NCBI RefSeq assembly: GCF_964355755.1
Contig: NC_092670.1
Coordinates: forward strand, 20,818,795 to 20,882,794
Direction of reading: 5' to 3'
Length of the DNA stretch: 64,000 bases
From: Antedon mediterranea
Taxonomy: Eukaryota > Animalia > Echinodermata
In this document: in pieces, positions 1 to 14,100 of the stretch
Position numbering within the stretch: the stretch's first letter is position 1
Layout of the letters: each line of letters begins with the position of its first letter
Program-made: the position numbers and the translations under genes
The notes under the pieces: generated by a model
What the model was told of the DNA's origin: nothing
What the model saw: the letters and a program-made list of their open reading frames with translations, nothing else
Database searches by the model: none

Positions 1-87
1 ATTGTTACAAACGTCAACCGCCAATGTTATCCAATGATTACATATAACCAAGAGAATTACAAGAGCATTTTTTATCAACGTCATCAT
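1..87 (-). CDS. 5' end of a secreted or membrane protein gene (signal peptide), truncated by the window edge
   Basis: Minus strand reads tcaacc-ATG at 87: MMTLIKNALVILLVICNHWITLAVDVCNN, open to position 1 with a hydrophobic core. A strong acceptor (ctctttttttctactgcag) lies at 142-160, and a candidate upstream UTR-exon donor (GTAAG on minus) at ~1333-1337. Confidence 0.55.
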   Translation of the reverse strand, partial: MMTLIKNALVILLVICNHWITLAVDVCNN

Positions 88-419
88 GGTTGATGAAAAA
101 TGTGTAGGCCTATCTGACAGAAACGATGAGGAAATATTAACCTGCAGTAGAAAAAAAGAGAAGGTGATTAAGCAAACTTTTGTTAATATATTGATTTCCT
201 TTTAAAATACAAAGTACTGTACGGTAATATATGTAATTATGTTCTGAGTCATCAAGTTATTTCCGTAATGTGCGTAATTCCCCGTGAAGCATATGCCTGT
301 AATGTGACGTCAGTTAAAGTTATCAATGAAACGCCCACCCACGTCACGCGATCGAATGCATTTCCGGTAACGTCATTGTATACGGTATTATTACATTTGT
401 TTGAAAACCTATAGGCAGA

Positions 420-780
420 AGAGGAGATGGGGTGTGGTGGTTGGAGATGGGGTGGGGTAGTTGGAAATGCGGTGGGTGGAGATGGCTGTGGTGGTTGGAG
501 ATGGGGTGGGGTATTGGAGATGGGGTGGGGTATTGGAGATGGGGTGGGGTGGTTGGAGATGGGGTGGGGTGGTATGAGAGTGAGAGGAGTGGTTGGAGAT
601 AGGGTGGGGTGGTATGAGATGTGGTGGTTGGAGATAGGGTGGGTTGGTATGAGAGGGGTGGTTTAAGAGGGGAGGGTGGGGTATGAGATGGGGTGGTTGG
701 AGATAGGGTGGGGTGGTTGGAGATGGGATGGGGTGGTATGAGAGGACTTGTTGGAGATAGAGTGGAAATCAGTGGTGGAG
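420..780 (+). repeat. G-rich degenerate minisatellite (~20-bp unit ggttggagatggggtggggt)
   Basis: Visible reiteration with many GGG/GGGG runs; produces the spurious ORFs 344-823 and 427-666. Confidence 0.85.
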
Positions 781-2388
781 AAAGCTGTTTTTGAGGAAAT
801 CCACTGTCTAAAAATTGCAACATTTTAGATTATTAAACAAAATTGAGCTGATTGGCGATATTCATTCTCACTTAAAGCGTGTGGAGTAGAACGCCTAAAA
901 ATAACGATACCCTACTATTCCATTAGTAATTCCGTCGTTCCTATTCGCCAACATTTCAATTGCTTCATTCAAAACTAGATATCGATCTCATTTTTTTACA
1001 AAACTAAAATAATTTTTCCCAATTTATTTCCTATTCAAGACAGGACAATGCAAAACAAGGTTTTTCTTTTACCTGTGTAATCCTGGATAAAGATGTTGTA
1101 ATATATGAAGTTCTAAACTTAAACTGGTCATTCTCTCTACACCCTTTTCCTAACTTTCCCCTCCCCATTAAACTTGCGCCTATGAGTGTTTGAAACGTAG
1201 GCCTACCTCTAAAATAAAGTGGGGGCAGACCATCGTGTGATTAACTATAGCTATTCAAATCAATTTATCATAACTTAACATTAATTATTTTAAAGTGAAT
1301 CACGTACTAGTTTTAGAATAAATAATATTCGACTTACCTTTCGTATTGGTCCTTCGTACTGCTTGAATGTTACTTGATTGTCAGGCAGTGATGCAATGAT
1401 TGAATGATATAAAATGATAAAATAGATATATATATAGTATTGGTTATCGCTACTATAAATAGTACAATACGAGTAAAATGGGTATTTCCCTTTTATTTAG
1501 TATGAGGGCGCGCTCATTTATGCTGTCAAGCAACATTGATAGGAGGTCTGTGTAGCATGGCCTACGGTTGTACAGGGCTTATCGAAGCATTTTGACCGAA
1601 ACATACACTTTCTCAATTTTAGTTTACTGCAATTATTTAAAATGACACAAAATGCAATTTGACATATAATTCAAAAATTGGTTCTGATATTGTTTGTTTT
1701 GGTTTTGTACCAGGGATTCACATAATTACTGCCACCATATACAGTACTTTATAACGTTAGGTCTACAAAAAAAATAAAAAATCAATTATCGACCTTTTTT
1801 TTACGAGTGGGCCAATGTTTTTGTTTATCGCTAATGTCCATCGCATTCACTCACATTGTATGAAACCCGTAAGGCTTCACATTTTCAGAGCAAATTAATG
1901 TTATCAGACTAAAGTTTAATTCATGTCGCTGAAATACAAAATGTTATATTAAGTAGAAAAATAGGTCTCACTAATATCTTTACACAAATATTACCAGAAA
2001 TAGTTAAACGATGATACTTGATAGGAGACAGTTTTTTTAACTCACAAGTATACAATATTTATATTTTAGTTAATATTTTCTTATATTATATATATGTTTA
2101 TAAATAATAATACACTGAGTGGTATGTACTGGTACAGTATTTCAAACTGTAAACAGCCTCTTCAACCTTGTTATGCTGCAGTAAATGATGGACAAAGGCT
2201 ATTTGATTATAGTAAAAATGTGTGTTTCTGCAGTTCAGGTGGTCAATCCAACAAGGGGACACGGTTTATTTATTTATTTTTATTTATTCTGTAAAAACAC
2301 TCAAAATGCAACAGAAGTTGCAATTCTTGTGAGTTTACAAAAGGTATAACAATTAAAACAGTTATAAAAATAAAATAGATCAAACGTT

Positions 2389-2582
2389 ACAGATGTATTG
2401 TCCCCCAAAAACATGAAAAATTAAGATTAATTAAATCAGACTTTGGATATGTTATTTTGTAGTTTTAATAAAGTTAATCACTTCCGTAGAAGAAAAACCG
2501 AAAAAAATAATGTTTTCAATTATAAAATGACGAAATAAAAAAACCCATTGGCTGGCAGCAAATTGACAATTTTTTGCTTTAA
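2389..2582 (+). mobile_element. Partial copy of the TTAA-flanked non-autonomous DNA element seen complete at 60610-60927
   Basis: agatgtattgtcccccaaaaacatgaaaaattaagattaattaaatcagactttg...aagttaatcacttcc aligns by eye to 60610 onward. Confidence 0.7.
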
Positions 2583-3286
2583 ACAGAACCGATAAATACA
2601 CATTATAAAATCGCTAGATCAGCATCTTACTTTTAGCACATACGACCAAGTGCGCACGCCCCATCTTGGGTCTACAACACTGAAGATTTATGAAGGAATT
2701 AAAATTAGATAGGCAGAAAAGAAAATTGTTATCATGTTTTCTTGTTTATTAATTTAATAAAATAGAAACAACAAGTATAGTGTACCAAGGGTGGCAGAAG
2801 AGGCAGACAGCTTCTGCCCCGACTTAGGCGTGTCTCTCTAACACAAAAACATAAAATAAATTGATTAGATATAAATTATTATATATATAGTTGTGATTTG
2901 AAATAGTGTAAAATAATAAAGTTTTAAACTGTCTGTACAAATGTTTCCAATTTGTTGTCTTTGAAAGAATAAATTTTAAACGTCAATAACCTCACATATT
3001 AATATATATGTTATATACATTTAGGTTACTAAATAAAAACAAACGTTAACAATTTGCTTAATAATTAATTTTGTAATGTCAGTAGGCCAATAACAAGCCT
3101 TGGTATGAGCGTAGGTACTCAATATGCACGCACAAAAGTGTAGTAGGTCCTACAAAATGTTGAACACTTTCGTATTTCTATATACGCGTTTGGATAGACT
3201 CCCGAATATGACGTGATTTTATTCGTTTCACTGTCTTTCTAAGTTCACCTCTTCAAAAGTTGTAATGCGACATCGATATATTGAGT

Positions 3287-5181
3287 ATGTTATATTTTGA
3301 ATCACACGCGAGTTGGTTATTTTTATTTTTTCTTGTTAACAGTTTCGTTGCTACAGGTAAGACAACATTTATTTATAAACTATTTTAAAACAGTTTTTCT
3401 CCTTTTTTTTTTATAGTAGGCCTATAAGTTCTCTCAGTGAATTTCCTTTCCACCTTCACTATTAGGCACCGCGGCCTATGTAAAATATATCCTCCGCGAC
3501 TGTGCTTTCACACGTATTTTAAGTAAGTGAAGTTATTGGATTTCCACACTTTTTATAATTATATATTATAATATTTATTATAATTCATTCCAATAATTAT
3601 TTGACTTTACTATTATTCTTTAAAAACGTTGCAAAAAATCATATTTTATAAAATATAAAAAGTTATATTAGGACTCCAATGGAAACTAATTCTTTTTTGT
3701 AGAACTAATTATAATGAAGACTATAATTAATGAACAAACAGGCCTACATTAATTGTTACAGTTATCAACAATAGGCGGCTAAGCCTCAGATTGATCGGTA
3801 TATCTTCATATTTACTAAACTTGGCAATAATACATAACAGGGAGTGTCCAATCATGTTGCGTAATAAACGTTTGTTATAGCTTACAAACAACAGATCTGA
3901 AATATTTTATAGTATACCTACAGTATATCATCACAAAATCAATACAAACATAAATTGAGAAAGTAGTAATTCAAAACCGTTAATGATCAAAAAATACAAT
4001 CTAGGGGATCTTTTGTATGCATGTAAAAAGACAGTATGTAGGCTAAAACCTTCATTAGGTTTATTTTAATAGGCCTATTTTATTGGATTCGTCACGACAG
4101 ATAAGCTATTGCAGATCCGCCTAAGGAAGTCAAGTCACTGGTTCATGCTCGTTCTAAACATACACATACATTTCAGAGGACCCATTCGGGACTCACCAAA
4201 CTGTCCTCTGCGTAGAGCTGTTCTACTAGAAGGATTATATTGTATACAAATGGAATTATTTATCATTATTTATTTCTTTCAGCTTTACTAGAAACAGACG
4301 AACATTCAGGAAAAGGTAGGCCTATAATGTCTCAATTAATTATAACCAAACACAAAATCAATGGTAGCCTTCATTACTTAGTAATTTTAGTTATTTATAA
4401 TTAATAATAATAATTTTGATGAACTTAATTAAATATTTAATGTAAATAATCAGACGTCTCATGCATTCTGCCGGAAGTAGACAGGCTATAGTAACTAAAA
4501 GTTGCGAGTAACAACATCTGGTTTACCGATTAAGTGTGTTTACAGAATTATTACAAAATCACAAATTACTTAATATTCCACAAAATGTCAATATGAACTA
4601 ACATTTAGTTCATTAATTAGTTTTTTAATGTTGTTTCAATTCATTTTTATTTCGGATTTCATGAACATTTTAACGAAGATAAGGCCTAAACACATACATA
4701 ATATTTTCACATTTATAAATTCTAAAAACAGCGGTGGCAGTATTTGGAACTTCAGGATCTGGAGAGAATGTTTATTTTCACACCGAGGATGAACACAAGC
4801 AAGACAAAGATGTACACGTGATGATGACGGCTGCACCAGTTGTGGCGGGAAGTGGACCTTCCGGTTCAGTAGTAAAGGACACGACATCATATGTTAGAAT
4901 AAATTTACACAACATTGGAACTGTAGTTTCAAACGAAGACACAAGACACACATCTAACACTCATACTGAAGAGAGTACGTCAGGAGGTTGGTGGAAAGAG
5001 GAGACAACAAACAACTATACTCATTATTCGGTAGAAACTGTGACACCAGGAACAACGGAACACAGCTTTAACATCCATGAAGAAAGTGGAGTAGATACAC
5101 TGAGAAACAATTCCGAAAGAGTGGAGTCGGAGATGCCAATTTTAGCAATACCTACAGAACCAACTGTTGACACTGGACCAG
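3287..5181 (+). CDS. Exons 1-3: signal peptide and Thr/Ser/Glu-rich N-terminal stalk
   Basis: MLYFESHASWLFLFFLVNSFVAT|ALLETDEHSGK|AVAVFGTSGSGENV...PTEPTVDTGP; phase-1 introns at each junction. Confidence 0.7.
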
Positions 5182-8100
5182 GTAAAAGACGACTATTGTG
5201 GACTGCAATCAAATTGCAGACGACATCTCAAAGAACGGATGGCAAACAAGAAAGGGATACATTGTTATACAAATTTCGGTCATAGCATTAGTACTTCATG
5301 GTCTTCTCTCAAAAATAAGAATTATAATTATATTATTTAGTACACTTTTCAGGAGAGCGTTTGTCATAAATTAATCCATTTAAACTGATCATTTAAAATA
5401 AATCTTCACGCTGTATATTATTGTAGTTAGAAAAAATTATTTGCATTTTCGTAAACATTTTTGCAAATATTTCAATTAAGTTACTGTTCTATACATTTTA
5501 AGTACATTATTTTAAATGTCGGGTTTTCAGGTACAAGTAATTAGATGAATTCATCTTGCTAATTTTCAAGCTTTTGCTTTTATTTAGGTTACATAGTTCT
5601 CATAAGTGACTATCAGAATGGGGTTATTGAGCATGCGTACTTGGAAGATGAGCACGATACCAATGTGTCTTTTTCTGTGCTACCAATAGGCATTAGGCCT
5701 ACATTCGGTGTATCAGGAATCGCATTTGATCCCGTAGATAGCGTTGTTTACTGGTCTGATCGGAGTAAAAAGGTAATCGAAAGGGCGTATCTGGATGGTA
5801 CACACCGTCACGTGATAGTGAGAAATGTTGGTAAGTCTCTTTTTTTTCTTCTCATTTTATACATTGATTTTTTCATTTCCCTCTTCCCTCTTCTCATTCT
5901 CAAATATGATTTATCTTTATTTATAAAAAAAATATTGTTGATGTTGGTGTAACAAATGCTGTTTTTCAAGCTCGTCAACTTTGTGTTTCCATTTATCTCG
6001 TAATGTATCTTACGAAACTTTATGAGTGACTTCTCAAATTAATTATTAAATCGAAAAAAAACTTCAATAGTATCATCATTTACGTTTTTGTTTATTCTAT
6101 GAAATTCTGCTGGTATTATAGTGTATGGCACAGGTTTGAATATTGCGTCATCGTTTATCAGAAATGAAATGTGTTTACTGTCACTAGACATGATTTATAT
6201 TATTTACAAATAGAAACTATATATATGAACTTGTTTGGTCCTACAGAAATACAAAGTTGTTGAGCATAAATGAAATATCGTGTAGACTTTTTAAACTGTA
6301 TTACTATTATTAGTAACAGGACAGAGTGGAATTGAAATGACTAAACAACATACGATTGATGTGGTGTTATACCTTAAACATAGTATAGTCCAAAAGACAT
6401 ATTATTCTCTACTAAACTGCTACTACTGTTATTTCAAATGCTTATAACATTAAACATGTCTTTATGTTATCATTTATATCGATATCTGCTTTACAATAAT
6501 AACATCCCTATTCATACGTTATGAGCTAAATTTCCAGTGGCAAAACGAGTGAATATACACAACTAAATACTCTGATACCTATGAAGAGGACGCATGGTCA
6601 CAGGAGTGTTTCTGTATATCTACAGTATTCACCGTAGTTAATATTATATCAACTAGAAATGTCCCCCTTTTAATGGCCTCTACTATCAACAATTCAAATT
6701 CCAGATGCCTCTTCACTTGCACTTGACTTGGTCAACAGGAGGTTGTTTTTTGATGTTAACAATAACAAAAATACAGAAATAGAACGATCCAATCTGGATG
6801 GAACTGGACGAGTTACCGTGGTTAAAAATCAAAATTTTGAAATTGACGATGTTGAAATTAATAAACGGTAAATGTGTTTTTTTTTTATTTAGGTAAAGAA
6901 CGTAACGAAATGATTTGTTAAATAATTGCTGTCTTCTAATTGTTGTCCAATCTTTTTTCTTTACTGTCCTACAGTTTAACATATTCTAAATACATAATTT
7001 ACAACTGTAAATTCTTTAGTATAGTGGAATTATAAGTTCATATATTAATGAAAACAATTATTTATGCCCTCAATAAGTATTTAGTAACCTCCGAAAAGCT
7101 GGAGCTAAGTCACACATGAGCCTTTAAACATAATTTAAATATAAAATTGACTTATAGGCCTATTTAAATAAGTTTCTCAAAAAGAACTGTTTTGTTTTCT
7201 TGTCTCGTAGCTTTGTCTATTTTAGTTCTATGGAGGCAAGAAAGATAGAGCGCGCTGTCAAGACGAGTGGAAAGCAAAGGAAAACTCTAGCTGAGGAAAT
7301 TTCCCCAAAAGGCCTGGCCATCTCATCAGACGGTATGTATCATTATCATAGGTCTACTATTTTTCTTAGGGTCCCAAGTACTCCTCCCCGATCAGTTCCT
7401 GAACAACCACATTCAACAACCACGGTCTATATATTGTTGTTTAAGGTAAAGGTATCTACTGGACTGACGGAACATCTAACCATGTGATGGAAAGTGACCT
7501 ATCAGGCGATAGCAAGACGATGGTTTTGGACTCTTCCTACTATCCTGGTCTGAACAACACTCAAGATGTTGCCGCCATTGGAGAGTACCTGTTCGTAATC
7601 ACAGGTGACAGTGACCGTCTTATTCGGATAAATCGAAACAATCTTCAAATACAAGATATTGGAGAAGCTGTTTTCAATGATCCACGCAAAATAAAGATCG
7701 GTAAGTATACAAACAATATAACAAGACTAGTCTAGGTTCTAATATTGGTAAAAATGTTGGCATATATGGTACACTTAAGCTGGAAAAATCAAATTACAGT
7801 AATAAAGAAATCAAGAAAGAAAAAAGAAAGTTGTCTGAGAAAGTTAAATCAACACCATGAGCAATACTAGACTTCCAGAGACATTATTTATATAATAAAC
7901 GATCTGGATTCAACTGGGATGCCTGGATCAGACGTTAACTGCCAATCAATCAATCAATCAATCAACAATTGGGTTTTAATTTGTTTTCTTTTAATTTTTT
8001 GCAGTTTCATTGATGGGAGCATTTCTAGCAATGCCAACAAAGACAGGTAACGTTATCGTATTTAATTTAAATTAATTATTTAGACGATATATCGTTGTTT

Positions 8101-11100
8101 AAATGAAATGTAAATACAATTTCTAGTACCGATAGGAAGAGGGTTTACATGTAAAAGTATACATCCAATCATTACATTAACACAGTTTCTATTGTCAAGT
8201 GGTTAGTAAACTTGGATATTACCATCATTAACTTTTACAATTTGTTTTACAACAAACAGATTCTCTGTTGCAACGTTTTATGGCAACTAATGAAAAAGCA
8301 ACAGCAGAATTTGCACCACAGTGCAAGGCGTTAGGTCTTGATGAACGAGAGCCACTCGTGTACAATGATGAAGCTGGTGAGTATTAAGCTCTGTCTACAC
8401 TATCAAACTAGTTTGCCAAAAGAGGTATGATGTGACAAATATGGTAGTGATATGACATCATCATGTCCATACATGGCCGGCACATCAACATATTTTTGTC
8501 TCAAAAAGTTTCAGACTTTACTACTTTAGGTATCAATCATTGAGAAGTAACCAAACAATTGGCAATTAATCCACGTTGTGAAATCGGGACACAAACATTA
8601 CAGTACTGTGGTTATTATTTTGAAAATTAATTTTTGTTCTTGTATTGGTTTTTGCTTTAGTTGGTACACTGTCAAAATCACGTGGTTCACATACTGACGT
8701 AAATATTCATTCAAGCTCATCGATTTTGTATTCCATATCACCCTACTCATCTCAAGGTAATTGTACAATATCATTTCAACATTTGTAATGGAACGCTCAA
8801 TACGATAAAACTTATTGGCGTGCCAAATATCTCAAGAAAAAACCAAATGTAGCTGTCTATTTTTCATGTCAAAGATTACCAATAGTAAATTATAGACCTA
8901 TCTAAAATGTTCAAAACCTGTGTGTAATAACACGTTATTCTTGTTCTTTTTTTCAAGGAGAGACATGTAGTGTATCGCTATTATGGAACAACTCGTATGA
9001 CAATACTTTAATACAAAGGTTTGTACTGTTGTTAAAGATCAAACATGGATTATGTTTTAAAAAAAAGATAACAAAAAATAACTCACCCCAAACTTCATTG
9101 AATAAGTAACTTGAACGAATGGTTTGTTTGTGCAATTCCCCCTAAAAAAAATCCTAAAACAGTTGCAGGCATGTCACAATCTTTATAAAAAGAAATCAAT
9201 ATATATTATATAGAACTGTCACAATGTGGAAATCGGTTAGATTATATTCGTAACCTAACATAAGGTATAGTCGATAGCATATGTTAAACATAATAAATAG
9301 GCTTACCTGTTTTCCATTTTGGTTTATTTCGGTGGGCCGAAACACATTGAAACTGTATGATGTTCATCATGGATAAAAATGTGTGTAGCTTGAGTTGAGT
9401 TACAACTTTAGAGACTTCTTGTGCAATGAAAGGACCATACCATTCTCATAATAAATTCAATATAGGCTACCTAATGAAGGCCCCGTATCTTTTTTCTACC
9501 CTGATACAAACTATCTTATAAATTAACTAGTATGGTTCTATCATTTGTTTTCTTCTTAGAGTTAACAAAGAAGAAGAAATGGTCTACTTTCTTGCAAGCA
9601 GACTTGTATCCATTGTAACCTATAATGTAAATGAAGATGCAGTCGCTAATGGAAACACCTTTATACATTTTCCTTCGGATGAGGTAATGTCTTTCTACAA
9701 AGTTTGTTCAAAACATAACCTTAAACATTAGGCCTACACAGAAGAAGATTGATAGGCAGTGGGAGATTTGTCTCCTCGCCATGTATTGAATGAACATTGT
9801 AATTGATGTTCTTTATCTTAATAAACCTTTATTTTTAGATACGCTGGAAGAGAAATGGTTACCGTACCAGAGGAACAAGCAAGCCTGTGTGCACATACAT
9901 TGATAGAACTTCACTGTAAGAATTAAACTATATCAATTTTCTTTCTTCAATAAAGTGAACACTTTTTAAAGCTACTTTTTAAAAAAACGTAATGCATACT
10001 TGTTCGTACTCAGCAACTTGTTGCTGATGCAAAATATTAAAAAAAAGCTTGACGTACTTTATTTATAAAGATACAATAATTGATTTGGTCAACAGTTCCT
10101 TTTCTCCGGATGGATGCAAGACCTTCGCAAGTGATGCCAGGAAAAATGGCGTATCGTGCTCTTGCCACGAAGGGACTTCATTCGCACTCCTAATGGATAT
10201 TTCGTCACTGGTACGTACAATGAAAATTGCAAATACTGCTGCAGTTCAGTCTGACTGTGCTCACTATGCAAATATTGTAATATAAATGGGTTGGCCTCCT
10301 CACAAGTTTTTATAAAGACGTACTGTACTACATTAAATTACACACTCTCTAAGCATAATCCAAAAAAGATGCATGGACTACAGCATGTATTACCAGACGT
10401 TACTGAAACTGATTTGAAATAATGCTCATCTTCTTAAAATCTTCTCTATTACAGATTTACTATCCAGAAGCACTGTTGATAGTTACTTGCTTAGCCACAG
10501 TCTTGTCAATTTTAAGTCTACTGCTGATCATCTTCGGAACTGCAATAATGAAGTAATTATGCTTACAAAAGAATATCATGATCTTCATTTTTATAGTTGA
10601 TTGGACAGGAGAAAGTAGTAAAACCATAGCAATTGGAACTTAATCTTAGTGTTTAATATTAGTAAAATTTGACTTCAGGCTAAATATATAGGTGTGCCAT
10701 AATCAAATAATTCCCCTATAAAGACCTATTTACATAACTAGTTCATTGTTTAGTTTTATTTATGTAATACTATAATTGTCTTACAATTTACAGGAGAATG
10801 AAACATCTTCCAGAAAAGAGCCTCATTCGAAATCTGTCAATTGCTTTGCTACTGGCGAATGTTGCACTATTGGCAGATACGGGTGCTGATTTAAACACAT
10901 ATTTTGTAAGTGATCTTTCGTTACAGTTCGTATGACTGAAGAGGTAATACGAAATAGATTGGTAAATCTTGTACTCTTTTATTACAGGAGCTTACAAACA
11001 CGATGGCGTTATCGATTCACTTCTCACTAACATCCGTTTTCGTCTGGTTGTTCTTAATGATTTTCGACCTCTTCATCAAAGAGAAATTCGCATCCTGCCG

Positions 11101-14100
11101 AGCACAGAACTTCAATTGTTTCTACCAGTCGTTTGGTTGGGGAATGCCAATATTGATTTCTGGACTGAGTGCCGGGCTGCTGTGGGACGAATATGCTGCA
11201 CCAGAATACAGGTATGCGAGAAAAGTGGAACTTTGTAGTTATCATGCTTACCTACCAATCCTAGGCTCTTGTTTCAAGGGTTACATAAAGAATTCTGTTT
11301 TTCAAACTAAGCTTGCATTATCGTGAATATAATCTAAACAAACATCATTCAAAAGTATAACTATGACATATGACATGACTTCAGGAATCAATTTCTACCA
11401 TTATCACACAGATCATGGCCAGACCCAGACACTGAAGCTATATGGAGCATGGTTGGACCAATCATTTTCTTTATTGCGGTAAATATTCAAAGCTTTCATT
11501 AGAACACGATAATGTCCTAACTCGGTTTAAACGTTGTAAATCATTAAGGAATTACAAGACTATGTTGCAACGAAGCCATATATATGGCTGCGTTCGCGTG
11601 TTCAAGTTAGTGTTTACCGACCAACCGACCGACATAGTGAGCTGTAGAGTCGCGTTAAAAACTGTATAGTATCGTATTCATCAGTAACAACAGTAGTTTG
11701 TGATTTTTAATAGATATGTAGTTGTGTAATTAGGTGCATTCGAGTTCTCAGTAACCATTCCATACATATTTAAATATAAACATGTATTGTATTTTAGATA
11801 TCATTGTTGATGTTGTTGGTTTTAATTGTTCAAAGTTGCAGTGCCAGCTCTATGCATTTGATCAAACAGCAAGAACGGTACAGGCGACAAAAACGAACAA
11901 GGTATTTTCCATAGCTGTAATATCCATATTTCAGAAATAATTAACTAATAGGATATTTATTATCGGTGCTATCTGAATAAAACTATTAAATGTTTTATAA
12001 TTTTTGTTTAGGTTAAAAATTGGGCTGTTCACCTTTCTACTAATATACATAAGTGCTACGTGGTCTATTGGGGTGTTTGGAATCAAGAACATAGATCTAC
12101 AATATGTGTTTGTCATTCTGAATGGAACAATTGGCTTTGTGCTCTTATTATGCATAAACAGATTGTCAAAGAGGGTGAGTATTTAACGTCTTGTTAAGAT
12201 TGTTTCCTACTAGCTGCGCGTCTACGCAAACTCACAAATGAGTTGGGTTATGGGTACGATGTCATTACAATCATGGGCATCTGGACATAGTAAGCCAAAG
12301 TGTCCGATAGTCCAGATCGCTAGTCATACGAATCAAGTTTTTACAAATTCTTTTTAAATTCAATAAGAGTGAATATTATATTTGTAGACAAAACAGGTAC
12401 AAGCCCGAGTGGAGCCATCTATTCATGGACAGTCTTTACCAGGTGCTTATTATGATGAAGATATTTTGATGCCTCACAGTTCAGATTACAAACAAAGCCA
12501 TTATAATGAAGGATACATTGTGACAGAAAGTCCCATACAAAAGCCGATGGAAAAACCAAGCAGGAAAAAATATAGAAAAGAAACTTCTGATACTAAAGTA
12601 TTCTTTACTGAAGGTTCTGCGCAACAAGAACACTATCAACAAAGAACTAGTGACGTTGGTAAGCGGGATGGTAAAGCACGTGAGAAGGTCTTTCGTGAAG
12701 ATATAACACTTCAGATTTTGGAAGAAGGCAAGCCAAACGATGAAGTAATTGATATTGAAGAAGAATATATTACAGGTATATACCATAAGGATAGAATCTC
12801 TGATGTACCAATGGAAGTTGAACCATCTTCAAAACGTAGATCATTAAAGAGATTGACAGGTTCCCTAAAGGATAAAAGCAAGGCACTGATCCATAGCAGT
12901 ACCGGTTTAGGAAAGAAAATAACAGATTATCAGAAGCAGAAATTTCATGGAAAAAATAAAGAATTAACAAAGGATATTCAGGAGACAACTATTACCACGA
13001 GAATTGAAGACGATTCCATTATTGAAATGGTTGATTATCCACAACAACTTGTAGAAACAGAAAGGAGGCAAACCATGCCAGATAAACATGAAACTACAAT
13101 TATCCAAGAAAAACAAGAAATACAGCAAACAAGATCTCCTGGTGTAAGACGTCACTTACAGGATACTAGTGACAATAACCGAAAAGAACCAGAAACAAGA
13201 CGAACGAGGTCACCTGAGCAACAAAGACGTCCGACACAACCAATAGAAAGGCATCCGATTAGATCAAAAGATCAACATAATAGAGACGTTTATAAAACAT
13301 CTGTAACAAGAACAGAAGAGGATTATATCATTAATGAAGATGACAGAGTAGAACGTAGACCAACAAGGTCACCTGAAAGGCAAAGACGTCCAACAGAAAG
13401 GCGTACAGGTAGACCAGATGAACAAGACAAAACAAAAGATGTTTACGAAACAACTGTTACAACAACTGACTATGTCATAACTGAAGATGACAGAAGAGAA
13501 CCTGAAGACATAAGACGAACAAGGTCACCTGAGAATCAAAGACGTCCAATTCAACCAACAGAAAGACGTCCAGGTAGACCAGATGAACAAGACACAATTA
13601 GGGATGTTTACGAAACAACTGTTACAACAACTGATTATATCATTACTGAAGATGGCAGGAGAGAACCTGAAGACATAAGACGAACAAGGTCACCTGAAAG
13701 GCAAAGACGTCCAACAGAAAGGCGTCCTGCTGAACCAGATGAACAAGACATAATTAGAGATGTTTACGAAACAACTGTTACAAGAACAGAAGATGATTAT
13801 ATCATTACTAAAGGCGACAGAAAAGAACCCGAAGCAATAAGACAAACAAGGTCACCTGAAAAACAAAGACGTTCAATTCAACCACCAGAAAGACGTCCAG
13901 GTAGACCAGATGAACAAGGCACAACTAGAGATGTTTACGAAACAACTGTTACAACAACTGACTATGTCATAACTGAAGATGACAGAAGAGAACCTGAAGA
14001 CATAAGACGAACAAGGTCCCCTGAAAAGCAAAGACGTCAAACTCAACCAGCAGAAAGACGTCCAGGTAAACCAGATGAACAAGACACAATTAGAGATGTT

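Noticed and set aside
344-823. Pro-rich and Gly/Trp-rich ORFs
   Set aside because: Translations of a G-rich minisatellite with no splice or domain support.
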